The notes below the pieces were generated by a model, which saw nothing but the letters and a program-made list of their open reading frames with translations, had not been told where the DNA came from and made no database searches. Positions 30,776-41,969 of a stretch of 64,000 nt of DNA are shown piece after piece (the first letter of the stretch is position 1; every line of letters begins with the position of its first letter). The position numbers were made by a program, and so were the translations under genes. This DNA is from an uncultured Clostridia bacterium (GTDB lineage Bacteria; Bacillota; Clostridia; TANB77; CAG-508): contig CANRKF010000001.1 in NCBI GenBank assembly GCA_947631145.1, positions 1,786 to 65,785 of the forward strand, in the 5' to 3' direction.

Positions 30776-32272
30776 TTAATTTGAAAGGTTTATGTCAAAA
30801 TAAAACTCTACTCCATTTTCCTTGTTTTCTACCCCATAACCATTTTGATAATTAGTTTGTATTGCCTTTACTATTGATAGCCCTATTCCGCTTCCTCCAT
30901 TTTCTCTATTTCTAGAGCTATCTACTTTATAAAATCTTCCCCAAACTCTATCTAAATCATCTTGATCTATATTTTTTCCTGTATTAAACACAAATACTCT
31001 TGCTTTATTTTCCTTTTGCTCTATTCTTATTTCAATTTGCTTCTTGCCATTTATAGTTTCCGCATTTTTTATTGCATTTGTAAAATAATTTGTTACAATT
31101 TGATCTATGAAGAAATCATCTGCAAATACATATGTAGGTTCTTCTTGCCTAAAAATTACTTCTATGCCATTTTCTTCAAGCATAACATGGCATTTTCTAA
31201 TTACTTCTTTTATTAATTCATTTAAATCAAATTTTTTATCATTAAATTCTCTTTTTCCATATTCTAGTTTCATTAATTCTAAAAGCTGTTTTACTAACTG
31301 ATCCATTTTATTAGATTCATCTAAAATTACTTCTGCATAAAATTTTCTTGATTCTTCGTCATTATTTACGTTTTCTACTAAGCCTTCTGCATAGCCCTGT
31401 ATTAAGGCTATTGGTGTTTTTAATTCATGGGATACATCTGAAATGAATTGTTTTCTCATTTCATCAATTTTAGATTTTTCTTCAATATCTTTTTCTAGTT
31501 CTTTATTGTTTTCTCTTAGTTGTTTAATTGTAGATTCTAGTTTATCTGACATGGTGTTAATATTTCTTCCAAGTTCATTTATTTCGTCATCAAAATCTGT
31601 AATTCTATATTTTTTACTAAAATCTAGCTTTGCCATTTGATTAGTAATTTCACTTAATTCTAATATAGGTTTTGTGAATTTACGCGTAATAAATGATATA
31701 GCAAAAGATGCAACTATAATGGTAAGAAATCCTATTAAAATTAAGGCTTCATTAGATATTTTAACACTTTCTTCTATTGGAGCTATTGGAATTCTTATAT
31801 ATAAACTGTATCCATTTACAAGTTTTCCTGTTAATAATATGTAATTTAAATTGTTAGTATCTGTTATTTTTCTAATTTGCATATTTTCATCTGTATAAAT
31901 TACACCCGGTCCTTTTACTTGTTGCTGAACATTTAAAATGCTAGTAATTTTATCTATATTTTCTAAGAAATCTCTATTGGTTGAAAAAACTATTAAATCT
32001 GTATCTGCTTTTATTAAAATATCAAAATTATTTCTATATGCAACTTTTTTTAATTCACTTTCTAAGGTGTTATCTAAACTTGGATTATTATAGTATTCAT
32101 TAATTTTTTGATATACTTCCTTAATAGTTCTTGTTTTACTATACATATAAAAATTTTCTAATACTAATCTGTTTATTGCAATTAAGCAAAATACCAAAAA
32201 CATTACAAAGATGCAAAAGGTAACAAATAGCCTAACTCTTACTGATTTAAATTGGTCCTTAATTTTTTTCAT
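30776..32272 (-). CDS. sensor histidine kinase (TM-HAMP-HisKA-HATPase)
   Basis: H-box ISDVSHELKTPIA. N/G boxes in the C-terminus (NAIKNA, GSGIGLSIVK). Confidence 0.88.
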   Translation of the reverse strand: MKKIKDQFKSVRVRLFVTFCIFVMFLVFCLIAINRLVLENFYMYSKTRTIKEVYQKINEYYNNPSLDNTLESELKKVAYRNNFDILIKADTDLIVFSTNRDFLENIDKITSILNVQQQVKGPGVIYTDENMQIRKITDTNNLNYILLTGKLVNGYSLYIRIPIAPIEESVKISNEALILIGFLTIIVASFAISFITRKFTKPILELSEITNQMAKLDFSKKYRITDFDDEINELGRNINTMSDKLESTIKQLRENNKELEKDIEEKSKIDEMRKQFISDVSHELKTPIALIQGYAEGLVENVNNDEESRKFYAEVILDESNKMDQLVKQLLELMKLEYGKREFNDKKFDLNELIKEVIRKCHVMLEENGIEVIFRQEEPTYVFADDFFIDQIVTNYFTNAIKNAETINGKKQIEIRIEQKENKARVFVFNTGKNIDQDDLDRVWGRFYKVDSSRNRENGGSGIGLSIVKAIQTNYQNGYGVENKENGVEFYFDINLSN

Positions 32273-32368
32273 ACTAATTAATCATTCCTTTATTTTATTC
32301 AAATTTATAAACTACGCCTCTCATTGTTTCTATTATTAAATTTATCACCTATACTTCTCATTGTTATA

Positions 32369-33046
32369 TTATTTTATTTCAAATTTATAACCTACGCCTC
32401 TCATTGTTTCTATATATTTTCCTCTTTTTCCTAATTTATGTCTAATTTTTTTTATATGGCTATCAATTGTTCTAGAATCTCCATAGTAATCATAATTCCA
32501 AACATTATTTAAAATTTTATCTCTAGATAATGCTATTCCTTGATTATCTACTAAATATTTTAGAAGCTCATATTCGCGAAGACTCATTTCAACTTGCTTT
32601 CCATCTACTTTTACAGTTCTTCCATCAGAATCTATAATAATTCCGCCATATTCTTGCACATCTTTTTTATTCTCCATTGTTCTTTTTAATATAGCTTCAA
32701 CTCTTGCTACTAAAATTTTAGGGCTAACAGGTTTTGAAATATATTCATCTACTCCTAATTCAAAGCCAAATAATTCGTCTTGTTCTTCTCCTCTGGCAGT
32801 TAGCATAACAATAGGGATTTTTGAGGTTTGCCTAATTTGGCGAAGTACCGACCAACCATCTAATTTTGGCATCATAACATCTAATAAAATTAAGTTTATT
32901 TTGTTTTGATTCTCTTCAAATACTTTTAAAGCTTCTTCTCCATCTGCCGCTTCTAAAATAGAATAGCCTTTTTGCATTAAAAAATCTTTAATTAATTTTC
33001 TCATTCTAGACTCGTCATCTACTACTAATATTGTAACATCATTCAT
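32369..33046 (-). CDS. OmpR-family response regulator
   Basis: REC (ILVVDDE...LILLDVMMPKLDG) plus a winged-helix trans_reg_C domain (REYELLKYL...TIDSHIKKIRHKL). Confidence 0.9.
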   Translation of the reverse strand: MNDVTILVVDDESRMRKLIKDFLMQKGYSILEAADGEEALKVFEENQNKINLILLDVMMPKLDGWSVLRQIRQTSKIPIVMLTARGEEQDELFGFELGVDEYISKPVSPKILVARVEAILKRTMENKKDVQEYGGIIIDSDGRTVKVDGKQVEMSLREYELLKYLVDNQGIALSRDKILNNVWNYDYYGDSRTIDSHIKKIRHKLGKRGKYIETMRGVGYKFEIK

Positions 33047-33334
33047 TTTAAAACCAATTCCTTTCTTGCTTCTTAAAAAAATAATTATATTCTAAAATTA
33101 CTACTCTTTTCAAAGGTACAAATTTAGAAATTTCTTATTATATTATTAATTTTTTACTTTTTTAAAAGGTACGAAGTTAGATATTTATATTTATTATATA
33201 TTATAACTTTGGTTTATGTCTAGAGTGTGAACAAATACAGCCCAAATTTTGATTTTTTTAAATTATATTATAGTAAGATTATTCATTTACTTTTAAATGT
33301 ACACTAAAAGGTTAAACTTTGGCAAATAAAATTT

Positions 33335-34339
33335 TTATACTATATATTTAATTTCATTACTTGGAAAATATTTTTTCATAAGATCTCTTAAATAAGTTTC
33401 AGCTTCCTGCCTTACTTCTTTTTTATATGTGTATTTACCCTTTCCTCTGCCTGTCATAATATTAGGATTATATAAATTTAATAAAGTTGGAAAAGCTTCT
33501 TCATTTATCTTACGATGTATATAACTATAGGTCATGAAAATAATTTCAAAAAATACTTCTTGCTTTACTTTACTACTTAAATTTTCACTCAAATATTTTA
33601 TTAATTCTTCATATTTTTCTCGCCAATTTTCTACTAAAATTATTGGAGCTATTAAAATTCCTATTTTATAGTCTGCATCTACTAATTTATTAATTGCTTG
33701 CACACGTTTTTCCAAAGGAGATGTGCCTATTTCAATTGTTCTAATTATTTCTTTTGGATTTACACTCATACGCACTATTATTTTCCCATTATGCTTTAAG
33801 GGTAAAATTGGATCTACCATATCAAATTTAGTTGGGAAAGTTAAAAATCCTTTTTCATTAGTGCAAAAGTTTTCTATTGTCCAATTTAAATTTCCTGTTA
33901 TGGTATTTTCTAAAATCAAATCACTATTACTGCCTATTTCAAAAGTTAAATTTTTTTCTGCTTTATTAGCTACTTTTATAATTTTTTCTAGCATTTGCTC
34001 CCTATTTACAAAAAGCCTTAAATATGCGCATTTATTATAATTACAAACCAAATAGCAATAAAGGCACATTGCTATACAGCCTGAAGAAGTATATGGTACT
34101 AAAAAATCTGAAGTTTTGTGATTTGGCACAAAGTTATGTGTTTTTCTAATTCCTATAATTAAGTTTTGTTTCATATTTGGAAACTCACTATTTTGTTTTT
34201 TTCGCATTTCTTCTATGTTGTTATGATTTGCAATTTCTATACATGGAATATTTTTTTCTCTATATTCTTGTAATAGCCTTTTTCCAAGTTCATAATTTTC
34301 ACTTTCTTTTTCATAATAAACTGATTTAGGCAAGAACAT
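33335..34339 (-). CDS. splB: spore photoproduct lyase (radical SAM)
   Basis: CxxxCxxC (CIAMCLYCYL) and co-linear similarity to B. subtilis SplB (LIIGIRKT, GTSPLEKRVQAI, APIIL). Confidence 0.85.
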   Translation of the reverse strand: MFLPKSVYYEKESENYELGKRLLQEYREKNIPCIEIANHNNIEEMRKKQNSEFPNMKQNLIIGIRKTHNFVPNHKTSDFLVPYTSSGCIAMCLYCYLVCNYNKCAYLRLFVNREQMLEKIIKVANKAEKNLTFEIGSNSDLILENTITGNLNWTIENFCTNEKGFLTFPTKFDMVDPILPLKHNGKIIVRMSVNPKEIIRTIEIGTSPLEKRVQAINKLVDADYKIGILIAPIILVENWREKYEELIKYLSENLSSKVKQEVFFEIIFMTYSYIHRKINEEAFPTLLNLYNPNIMTGRGKGKYTYKKEVRQEAETYLRDLMKKYFPSNEIKYIV

Positions 34340-34495
34340 ACGTATTTTCTCCTTTCGAATTTACTTATATTCTTGCCTATTTAATTTTTTATTATTCAAA
34401 ATTTTTTCTATTAAATGCTAACTATAAGCTATTTTGTATACTACTTTATTTTTTTACTTTGTTTAAGGCAAAAGCTTTTTTTAAGTTTTCTATCA

Positions 34496-35170
34496 CTAAG
34501 GCTCTTTATTTAAATTTTCTGCTACTAAAGCCTTTATTTTAATTCCTTGCTCCTTAAACATTTTTTCATGCTCTGTTTCAATATTTTCCCAAAAATTCAG
34601 CTCTTTTTCTAAGTCTCGTGTTATTTTTTTTATTTCAAAACCTGTTTGTTTAAAATAATTTATACTTTCTTCAAATAAGTTATCATCATCTGTTTTAAAG
34701 TAAATATTTGCTCCCGGTTTTAAAAACTTTTTATAATTTTCTAACTGTCTAGTATAGGTTAGCCTTTTTTTATGATGTTTTCCTCGTGGCCAAGGATTAC
34801 AAAAATTAATATAAATTCCATCTACACTATCATTTTCATTTAATATAAGCAAAATACGTTCAATATCAAAGCGCGTTAAAAGTACATTATTTATTTGCTT
34901 ACTTTCCTGTTTGTAAACTTCTTCTATTTTTCTTTTTGCTAAGCCTAACATTGGATCTACTAAATCAATTGCTAAATAGTTGTTTTCTGGATGCATAACA
35001 GCTTTTTGTGCAATGAAACTTCCTTTTCCGCAACCAAGCTCTACAAAAAATGGATGGCTTGGATTTATAAATTCTTGCCTCCATTTTCCTATTATTTCTT
35101 CTGGATGTTCTCTATAAAATGAGCTTTCTTCTAATTCTTTTCTTGCCCACTTCTTATATCTTATTCTCAT
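34496..35170 (-). CDS. trmB: tRNA (guanine46-N7)-methyltransferase
   Basis: SAM motif FVELGCGKGSF and typical TrmB length and pattern. Confidence 0.85.
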   Translation of the reverse strand: MRIRYKKWARKELEESSFYREHPEEIIGKWRQEFINPSHPFFVELGCGKGSFIAQKAVMHPENNYLAIDLVDPMLGLAKRKIEEVYKQESKQINNVLLTRFDIERILLILNENDSVDGIYINFCNPWPRGKHHKKRLTYTRQLENYKKFLKPGANIYFKTDDDNLFEESINYFKQTGFEIKKITRDLEKELNFWENIETEHEKMFKEQGIKIKALVAENLNKEP

Positions 35171-35177
35171 AATTTCC

Positions 35178-36365
35178 TCATATCTGCTTTCTTGTCATTT
35201 CTAAAAGATCAAGTGGTGTAAAGCCAACAATTTGTGTTTTTGAACGATCTTTTTTTAAAGCTTCTTCTAAAGTTTGCAATATTTTTTGTTTGGTTTCTTG
35301 CCTTTCCATATCAATATAATCTATTATAATAATTCCACCAATATCACGAAGCCTTATTTGTTTTGCTATTTCAAAGCTTGCCTCTCTATTTACTGTATAC
35401 ACTGTTTGTTCTAAGTCTTTTATTCCTACATATTTTCCTGAATTTACATCTATTGCGGTTAAGGCTTCTGTCTTATCTATAGTAATAAAACCTCCACATT
35501 TTAGCCAAATTTTATGAGAGCTTGCTTTTTCTATTTGCTCTTCAATATCATATATTTTAAGTATATCATCATTTTTTAGTTCTAATTTTATATTTTTTTG
35601 CATACCTGTTTCTTCTAAGAAGTTTTTAACATAATTATATATTTTTGTAGTATTTGTAGTAATTTTTACTAAGTTTTGATCTACTAAATCTGTTAATGTT
35701 TTACCAATAATTCCATCGTTTTCATATAATAAACTTGGAGTAAAATCTTTATTATTTTTTAGTTCTTCGAAATTTTTTAAGACCAATTCATGCTGTTTTA
35801 AAACCCTTTGTATATCTTGTTTTATTAAATCTTCTTCTTTTCCTTCTGCTGAGGTTCTTATTATTATTCCATAACCCTTTGGCAAGTTTTCTTTTACAAT
35901 ATTTTTTAGCCTATTTTTTTCTTGCTGGTTTTCTATCTTTTTAGAAATAGTAATAAATTCTGTTTCAGGCATTAATACTATAAATCTTCCCGGCATACTA
36001 ATATGGCATGATACTTTTGCCCCTTTTTTAGATGTAGCGTCTTTTTTTACTTGAACTAAAATTGGCTTTCCGGTACTTATATAATCTTTTATGTTATATT
36101 TACTTAAGTTTTCATTTTTATTGCCTGTTTCATTGCTAATTTTAGGAATTATATCTTTTAAATGAATAAAGGTATTTTTATTTATTCCTATGTCTACAAA
36201 TGCAGCTTGCATACCTATTAAAACGTTTTCTACTTTTCCTAAATATATGTTTCCTTCTAGTCTTTCTTGTTCTTCTTTTTCCTCATACTTTTCTACAAGT
36301 TTGCCATTCTCTACTACTGCAACTATTTTTTTTATATCTTCTTGTTTTATAAAGATTTCTTGCAT
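35178..36365 (-). CDS. rng: RNase E/G-family ribonuclease (Rng-like)
   Basis: N-terminal S1 domain (GNIYLGKVENVLIGMQAAFVDIG) and a C-terminal ...LLEMTRK motif. Confidence 0.7.
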   Translation of the reverse strand: MQEIFIKQEDIKKIVAVVENGKLVEKYEEKEEQERLEGNIYLGKVENVLIGMQAAFVDIGINKNTFIHLKDIIPKISNETGNKNENLSKYNIKDYISTGKPILVQVKKDATSKKGAKVSCHISMPGRFIVLMPETEFITISKKIENQQEKNRLKNIVKENLPKGYGIIIRTSAEGKEEDLIKQDIQRVLKQHELVLKNFEELKNNKDFTPSLLYENDGIIGKTLTDLVDQNLVKITTNTTKIYNYVKNFLEETGMQKNIKLELKNDDILKIYDIEEQIEKASSHKIWLKCGGFITIDKTEALTAIDVNSGKYVGIKDLEQTVYTVNREASFEIAKQIRLRDIGGIIIIDYIDMERQETKQKILQTLEEALKKDRSKTQIVGFTPLDLLEMTRKQI

Positions 36366-36486
36366 ATTAAATCCTTTCTAATTGTACATGTTATAAAATT
36401 ATATATTTGGTTAATTTTATTTATATTTTTATAGCAAATTAGTTGTACTTATTCATTGTATTATCTATGCCATTTTTTATATCATT

Positions 36487-37044
36487 TTAGTTATACTTAT
36501 TCATTGTATTATCTATACCATTTTTTAAGAATTCAGTTACTGCCTCACTTGCTTTTTCAATGCCTTTTTCTAATTTTTGATAAATTTCTTCTTCTAAAGG
36601 TCCTATAACATAATCTATAGCATCATATTCATCTACTGGTTTGCCAATTCCTACACGAATTCTTGGAAAATTTTCTGACATTAATTCATGTACAACAGAT
36701 TTTGCTCCATTATGTGAGCCCGGTCCACCTTTTTTTCTAATTTTTATGCTTCCAATTTCAACATCCATGTCATCATAAATAACTAAAACATTTTCTATTG
36801 GAATTTTGTAAAAACTTACAAAGGCTTCTATACTTTGGCCACTTAAATTCATAAAAGTTTGTGGTTTTAAAAGTATTACTTTTTGATTTTCTATTATTGC
36901 ATTTGCATATAGTCCATTAAATTTAGTTCTTGTTACTTCTATTTCATATTTTTTAGCTATTTTGTTAATTACATCAAATCCCATATTATGCCTAGTTCTA
37001 CTATATTCTGGCTCTGGATTTCCTAAACCTACTATTAAATACAT
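36487..37044 (-). CDS. pth: peptidyl-tRNA hydrolase
   Basis: MYLIVGLGNPEPEYSRTRHNMGF with catalytic His and Asp and typical length. Confidence 0.92.
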   Translation of the reverse strand: MYLIVGLGNPEPEYSRTRHNMGFDVINKIAKKYEIEVTRTKFNGLYANAIIENQKVILLKPQTFMNLSGQSIEAFVSFYKIPIENVLVIYDDMDVEIGSIKIRKKGGPGSHNGAKSVVHELMSENFPRIRVGIGKPVDEYDAIDYVIGPLEEEIYQKLEKGIEKASEAVTEFLKNGIDNTMNKYN

Positions 37045-37086
37045 TTAAATTCATCCTTTTTTATTTTTATTATGAGAACCCCTCTC

Positions 37087-37235
37087 ACCAATCAAAGATT
37101 ATGAGTAAATACCCAGTAAGCTTGTTGTTTCACAATAAGATTTTTTTAACATTCTTGCACCAAAGATGGTTGAAGGCAACTATGTATTTCACAACAAGAG
37201 AAAAGATTAACCATTTGGGCTAATCTTTTGATATT
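37087..37235. repeat. Family C MITE-like element (~150 bp) with imperfect terminal inverted repeats caatcaaagatt / aatcttttgat and an internal inverted repeat cttgttgtttcacaa / tttcacaacaag
   Basis: The left ~55 bp are about 80% identical to 63575..63632. The element overlaps the stop of the GT2 gene. Confidence 0.45.
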
Positions 37236-37879
37236 ACATTTGCTCTTTTTAGTATTGCACTAGCTACTTCTTTTGCCATTTTAGGCAAAGATTGCCATGA
37301 TTGTGAATTGTTATCTATTCTTCCTATATATATTTCTTCTATTTTTACTTTATTATTTATCATGTCTAATAATATACCTATATCTACACCATAATCTTTT
37401 TCGAATTTTATTTTATCAAATGCTTCTTTGGTTCCTGCTATAATTCCGCTTAATGGCTGTTCAAAATTATTTATATTTGGAAATAGTAATTCTAATAATG
37501 GCTTTGCTACTAATTCAGTTACTCTTCCACCTTCTCTACTAAAAGCTGATTTTGTAAAGCCTGCCTTTTCTTCTATAATTGGATTTACCATTAAGCTTAT
37601 TATATCATCTATATAAATTCCTAAATCTCCATCAATAAACATAACAATATTTCCTGTTGCATGCTTTAGCCCTTCTTCCATAGCATAGCCTTTCCCTTTA
37701 TTTCCACAATATACTGTTTTTACATTTTTTTGTTTTGCAATTGTTTCCGTTTTATCTGTTGAACAATTATTTACAACTATAATTTCTGTATTTATTTTAC
37801 TTTCTCTTACTTTATCTATAACTTGTCCTATTGTTTTTTCTTCATTGTATGCTGGTATAATAACACTTACATTGTTCAT
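37220..37879 (-). CDS. family 2 glycosyltransferase
   Basis: N-terminal VSVIIPAYNEE, the DxD region (IDGDLG) and a GT-A fold pattern. Confidence 0.8.
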   Translation of the reverse strand: MNNVSVIIPAYNEEKTIGQVIDKVRESKINTEIIVVNNCSTDKTETIAKQKNVKTVYCGNKGKGYAMEEGLKHATGNIVMFIDGDLGIYIDDIISLMVNPIIEEKAGFTKSAFSREGGRVTELVAKPLLELLFPNINNFEQPLSGIIAGTKEAFDKIKFEKDYGVDIGILLDMINNKVKIEEIYIGRIDNNSQSWQSLPKMAKEVASAILKRANVISKD

Positions 37880-37985
37880 ATTCTTCTCCTTCTTTTAGAC
37901 TTGCTCAACGGTAGAATTATATCACATTTTAATGCATAATGTCAAATTGCGGTTTTTATTTCATTACTATAGAGCTTTTCATAGA

Positions 37986-39015
37986 TTATAATTTTAAAAG
38001 TTCATTCCAATAATTTAAAATTTGTTCTCTGTTATAATCTTCTTTGTTTACATTTTCTTTTAATTCATTTTTTAAAGAAATGATATCTTCTACTCTTTTT
38101 TCATAAGAATTTTCATCATTATTCATGTTTAAAATAATACCATTTTTTCTATCTGTAATTTGTCTTTCTACCCCTTCAAAATTAGTAACAATAGAAGGAA
38201 TTCCTAATATAAGTGCTTCAGTAATAACAAGGCCCCATGCTTCTCTATCTGTTAGTAATGCTAAATAATCCATTTGTTTTATGTATGGATATACATTAGA
38301 TTTGTATCCTAAAAAGTGAACATTTTTGTTTTCCTTAAACCATCCCGTTATTTCATTATAATCTTCTGGCTTGAAAGCACTACCTAGCACATACCAATCA
38401 TATGAAATTTTCTTTTTATCTAAAATAGTGCATAATTCTTTCATTCTTCCAAATCCGTTTATCTTTAGAAATACGTGAAACACTAATAATATTTAGCTTT
38501 TGGTTATTTACATTTAGGCTAATTTGCTCATTCGACTTTCTTTTAATTTCTTGAATATCTAAATAATTTTCTACTACTTCACATTTTTGTTCTAATTTAG
38601 GATATTTTGAAATAATATTTTTTTTCACTACATCACTTACACAGATAAACTTTTCCATATTTTCCATAAGATCTTGTCTAAATTCTAAATTTGGATATGC
38701 TTCAAATAATAACATATGACACCAATAATAATAATGACGTGCTATTATTTTTTTTGAAAATTCATCAAATGGTACTTGTCTAGGATGAGAACACCATATG
38801 CAAGTATCTACTACTATAGAATCAATTTTATTCAAATTTATAATTTCAGCATATTCTGCTATTTCCTTTAGTACATCATTTGTTGATTCTTCTTCATCAT
38901 ATGCAACAAATATTTCAAAATTTTTATAAAGTTTTCTAATTAGTTTTAATATGCTGTGTTCTGTGCCACCTGCAAAAAATAGCTTATAGTAAAATATAAT
39001 TCTTTTTTTGTTCAT
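37986..39015 (-). pseudogene. family 1/4 glycosyltransferase split by a frameshift (overlap 38416-38483)
   Basis: ORF 38416..39015 is the GT4 N-terminal domain. ORF 37986..38483 is the GT1 C-terminal domain with EAWGLVITEA...GIPSIV. Confidence 0.65.
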
Positions 39016-39154
39016 TTTTTATTCCTTGTATAATATATTTAGGTTTTTAAAAGGTTACCCATAAACCTTTATATAACAAATAATCTATAACATAACTGTT
39101 ATGTTCACACTGTGAACTCTTTCATTTACTTGTATAATATATTTTCAAATTTTA

Positions 39155-39706
39155 TTATTTTTTTGTATATTTTTTTACTTCACAATTTTTTAGAGTTAAT
39201 TTTTCAAGGTGTTCAAAGTCTGGAATTTCTGGCATTCCATTAAAATAACATTCAATTGGTTGGGAAATTCCTCCGTGCGTAACTAATACTATTTTTTTTC
39301 CTTTATACTTTTTTGTTATTTCATCTAAAAAGTTATAAATTCTTTTAAATACCGTTTGAATTGGTTCAATATTTTCCTTGCTATAATTTTTATTGTAATC
39401 TAACATCATTTGTATATTCCAGTCTGGTCTATTTTGTTTTCCTTCCATATCTCCGAAATTTCTTTCAATTAACTGATTGGCAATTGTAAGTTCTACTCCA
39501 GTTACTTCACTAATATATTGAGCTGTTTGAAGTGTTCTTTTTAGCGGTGAAACTAGAATTGCATCTATTGGAATATTTTTAAACTTATTAGCTGTTTCTT
39601 TTGCTTGTTGAATTCCTGTTGCATTTAATGGTATATCTATTTGTCCTTGAAAAATATTTTTAACGTTATAATCTGTTTGTCCATGTCTAACTACATATAT
39701 TTCCAT
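39155..39706 (-). CDS. histidine phosphatase family protein (phosphoglycerate mutase-like)
   Basis: N-terminal RHG motif (IYVVRHGQTDYN) and a downstream His. Confidence 0.8.
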   Translation of the reverse strand: MEIYVVRHGQTDYNVKNIFQGQIDIPLNATGIQQAKETANKFKNIPIDAILVSPLKRTLQTAQYISEVTGVELTIANQLIERNFGDMEGKQNRPDWNIQMMLDYNKNYSKENIEPIQTVFKRIYNFLDEITKKYKGKKIVLVTHGGISQPIECYFNGMPEIPDFEHLEKLTLKNCEVKKYTKK

Positions 39707-39920
39707 AGTTACTACTATTCCTTTCTGATGAACAAATCTTGTTAGGAAATTATAATTATTTTTTAGCCTTATTTTCTTCCTTATCTATTTTAACACACAT
39801 TACATAATTTTTCAATTATTGTAAATCTTAATCTTTTATTAATCTGTAAATTTTAATTTTTTATTTTCTTATTTAAAATTAATAATTTTGCCAATTCTAA
39901 GCTTAATATTATTAATGCTT

Positions 39921-40646
39921 TTAAAATATGTCTTCTACCTTATATTCCCTTTCTAATTTTTCATTAAAATACAATTTGCTTACTAAGTTCAATTCTTGCA
40001 AATTTTCGTCTGATATTTGAAAAGAAAATATTTTTTTTGCATCAGATAACATTATGTATTTGATAGCTGTTTGGGTAGAATTTGAAATTTGAATTGCACT
40101 TTTATCTATTTTGCCACAAGCTTCACATTTAAAGCCATTATCTTTTAAACTAAAGTATTTTAAATTTTCTTGTTCTTTGCAACTTGTACAATTTTTAATT
40201 TGCGGTGAAAAACCAAGAAGCGTTAGTAACCTAATTTTAAATACTGAAAGTATAAATTCTAAGCTTCTATCTGATTGCGAAATCATATATAAAGTGTTTA
40301 AATAAAGTTGCAAAATTCTATAAGTATTTTGGTTTTCATAGGTAACATCATTTATAATTTTAGATACATGAGAAGCATATTTTAGTTTGTCTAAGTCTGT
40401 TCTAATTGGATAAAAAAGTTCTATAATATCACAGGAGTTAATATGATAGGTACTTGTTCCTTCATAAATTAAATATTCTCCAAAGCACAAAAATTGGGTG
40501 CCTGACATTAAGAGGCTTTTTGGTTTTCTAGCCCCTTTTGCACTGCACCCAATTTTTCCGTTGGGAGTAAGTATTGTTACCATTTTATCAAAGTCATTCA
40601 TATTACTTTCCGAAAGGATTATTCCCTTGGTTTTGATAAGTCCCAT
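39921..40646 (-). CDS. recO: DNA repair protein RecO
   Basis: The N-terminal OB-fold aligns with B. subtilis RecO (MGLIKTKGIILSE...GKIGCSAKGARKPKS). A C-terminal Cys4 zinc motif is present (CTSCKEQ...CEACGK). Confidence 0.9.
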   Translation of the reverse strand: MGLIKTKGIILSESNMNDFDKMVTILTPNGKIGCSAKGARKPKSLLMSGTQFLCFGEYLIYEGTSTYHINSCDIIELFYPIRTDLDKLKYASHVSKIINDVTYENQNTYRILQLYLNTLYMISQSDRSLEFILSVFKIRLLTLLGFSPQIKNCTSCKEQENLKYFSLKDNGFKCEACGKIDKSAIQISNSTQTAIKYIMLSDAKKIFSFQISDENLQELNLVSKLYFNEKLEREYKVEDIF

Positions 40647-40791
40647 ATTGCGTTTCCTCTATATTTTTTAGTTTTATTTGTGGTTTAGATTTTGTTATAT
40701 TTTCTACCTGCATTAATTCCATAAAGGTATTAATATTACCTGTTTGTTTGAAAGTATTCCATGCTAAATTTTTAATTTGATTTTCCATCAT
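40603..40791 (-). CDS. yqzL: YqzL-family small protein
   Basis: WNTFKQTGNINTFMEL matches the YqzL signature. It sits in the conserved era-yqzL-recO position, and its 3' end overlaps the recO start. Confidence 0.65.
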   Translation of the reverse strand: MMENQIKNLAWNTFKQTGNINTFMELMQVENITKSKPQIKLKNIEETQYGTYQNQGNNPFGK

Positions 40792-40947
40792 GTGTGCATC
40801 AGAGCTCCTGTTCTAGAAGTTTTTTTATATGAATTTACATTCACATAATTTAAAGTTATTTAAACTATTTTTCTTCTTTTCTTATGTTTTACTTTTTTTA
40901 GAATTTTATTCTTATTTTGCTTTAGCATAATTTGCCATTTTTCACTA

Positions 40948-41853
40948 TTAATCTGTGGTTTTAAATTTTTTAACAAATTGTTCATTATTAATCCAGTCTT
41001 CTTTTACTTTAACCCACAATTTTAAGTTTATTTTTTCGCCCAATTCTTTTTCTAAGTCTTCTCTAGCATAAGTTCCAATTTTTTTCAGCATTTGCCCGTT
41101 TTTTCCTATAATAATACCCTTATGAGAATTTCTTAAACAATAAATTGTTGCTTCTATATTAAATATTGGTTTGTTTTCTCTTGTTTTCGATTTTTTCATT
41201 TTTTCTATTTCTACAAAAATTCCATGTGGCACTTCATCTTTAAGAAGTTTTAAGGCTTTTTCACGTATTATTTCTGATACTATATCTCTTAAGGTTTGAT
41301 CTGTGTATTCTTCTATATTATAGTAAGCTGGACCTTCTTTTAAGTTTTTTTCTATTTCCTCTAAAATAATTTCCACATCTGGCTTTTTTATAGCAGAAGT
41401 TGGAATTATAGCTTTAAAATGATACTGGTCTTTATATGTTTCAATTAAATTAAATACTTGTTCTTTTGTAACCAAATCTATTTTATTTATAATTAAAATT
41501 GCTTGGCTTTTGGCTTCTTTTATTTTTTCTAAAATCATTTGGTCGCCTTTTCCAATTTCTCCTGAAGTCGCTTCTACTACAAATAAAACAACATCTGCAT
41601 CTGGTATAGATGCCCATGCAGTATCATTCATTGTTAAACCAAGCTTTGATTTTGGTTTGTGAATTCCTGGTGTGTCTATAAAAATTATTTGCGAATTTGG
41701 CCTATTTACAATTGCTTTAATAGATGTTCTTGTAGTTTGTGGTTTGTTTACCACTACAGCTATTTTCTGCCCTGCTATATCATTTAAAATGCTTGATTTA
41801 CCTACATTAGTTCTACCTACAAGTGCTACAAATCCAGATTTAAAATTTTCCAT
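40948..41853 (-). CDS. era: GTPase Era
   Basis: G1 (GRTNVGKSS), G3 (DTPG), G4 (NKID) and a C-terminal KH domain. Confidence 0.93.
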   Translation of the reverse strand: MENFKSGFVALVGRTNVGKSSILNDIAGQKIAVVVNKPQTTRTSIKAIVNRPNSQIIFIDTPGIHKPKSKLGLTMNDTAWASIPDADVVLFVVEATSGEIGKGDQMILEKIKEAKSQAILIINKIDLVTKEQVFNLIETYKDQYHFKAIIPTSAIKKPDVEIILEEIEKNLKEGPAYYNIEEYTDQTLRDIVSEIIREKALKLLKDEVPHGIFVEIEKMKKSKTRENKPIFNIEATIYCLRNSHKGIIIGKNGQMLKKIGTYAREDLEKELGEKINLKLWVKVKEDWINNEQFVKKFKTTD

Positions 41854-41969
41854 GCTTGCTCCTTTTTTTATTATTGTACTACTATTACTTTTTATTTTTT
41901 GTAGATTTTTGTAAAAATTTTCTTTCTTTTTTTCTACTATTTTTACTTGACTATTTATATTTTATTGTT

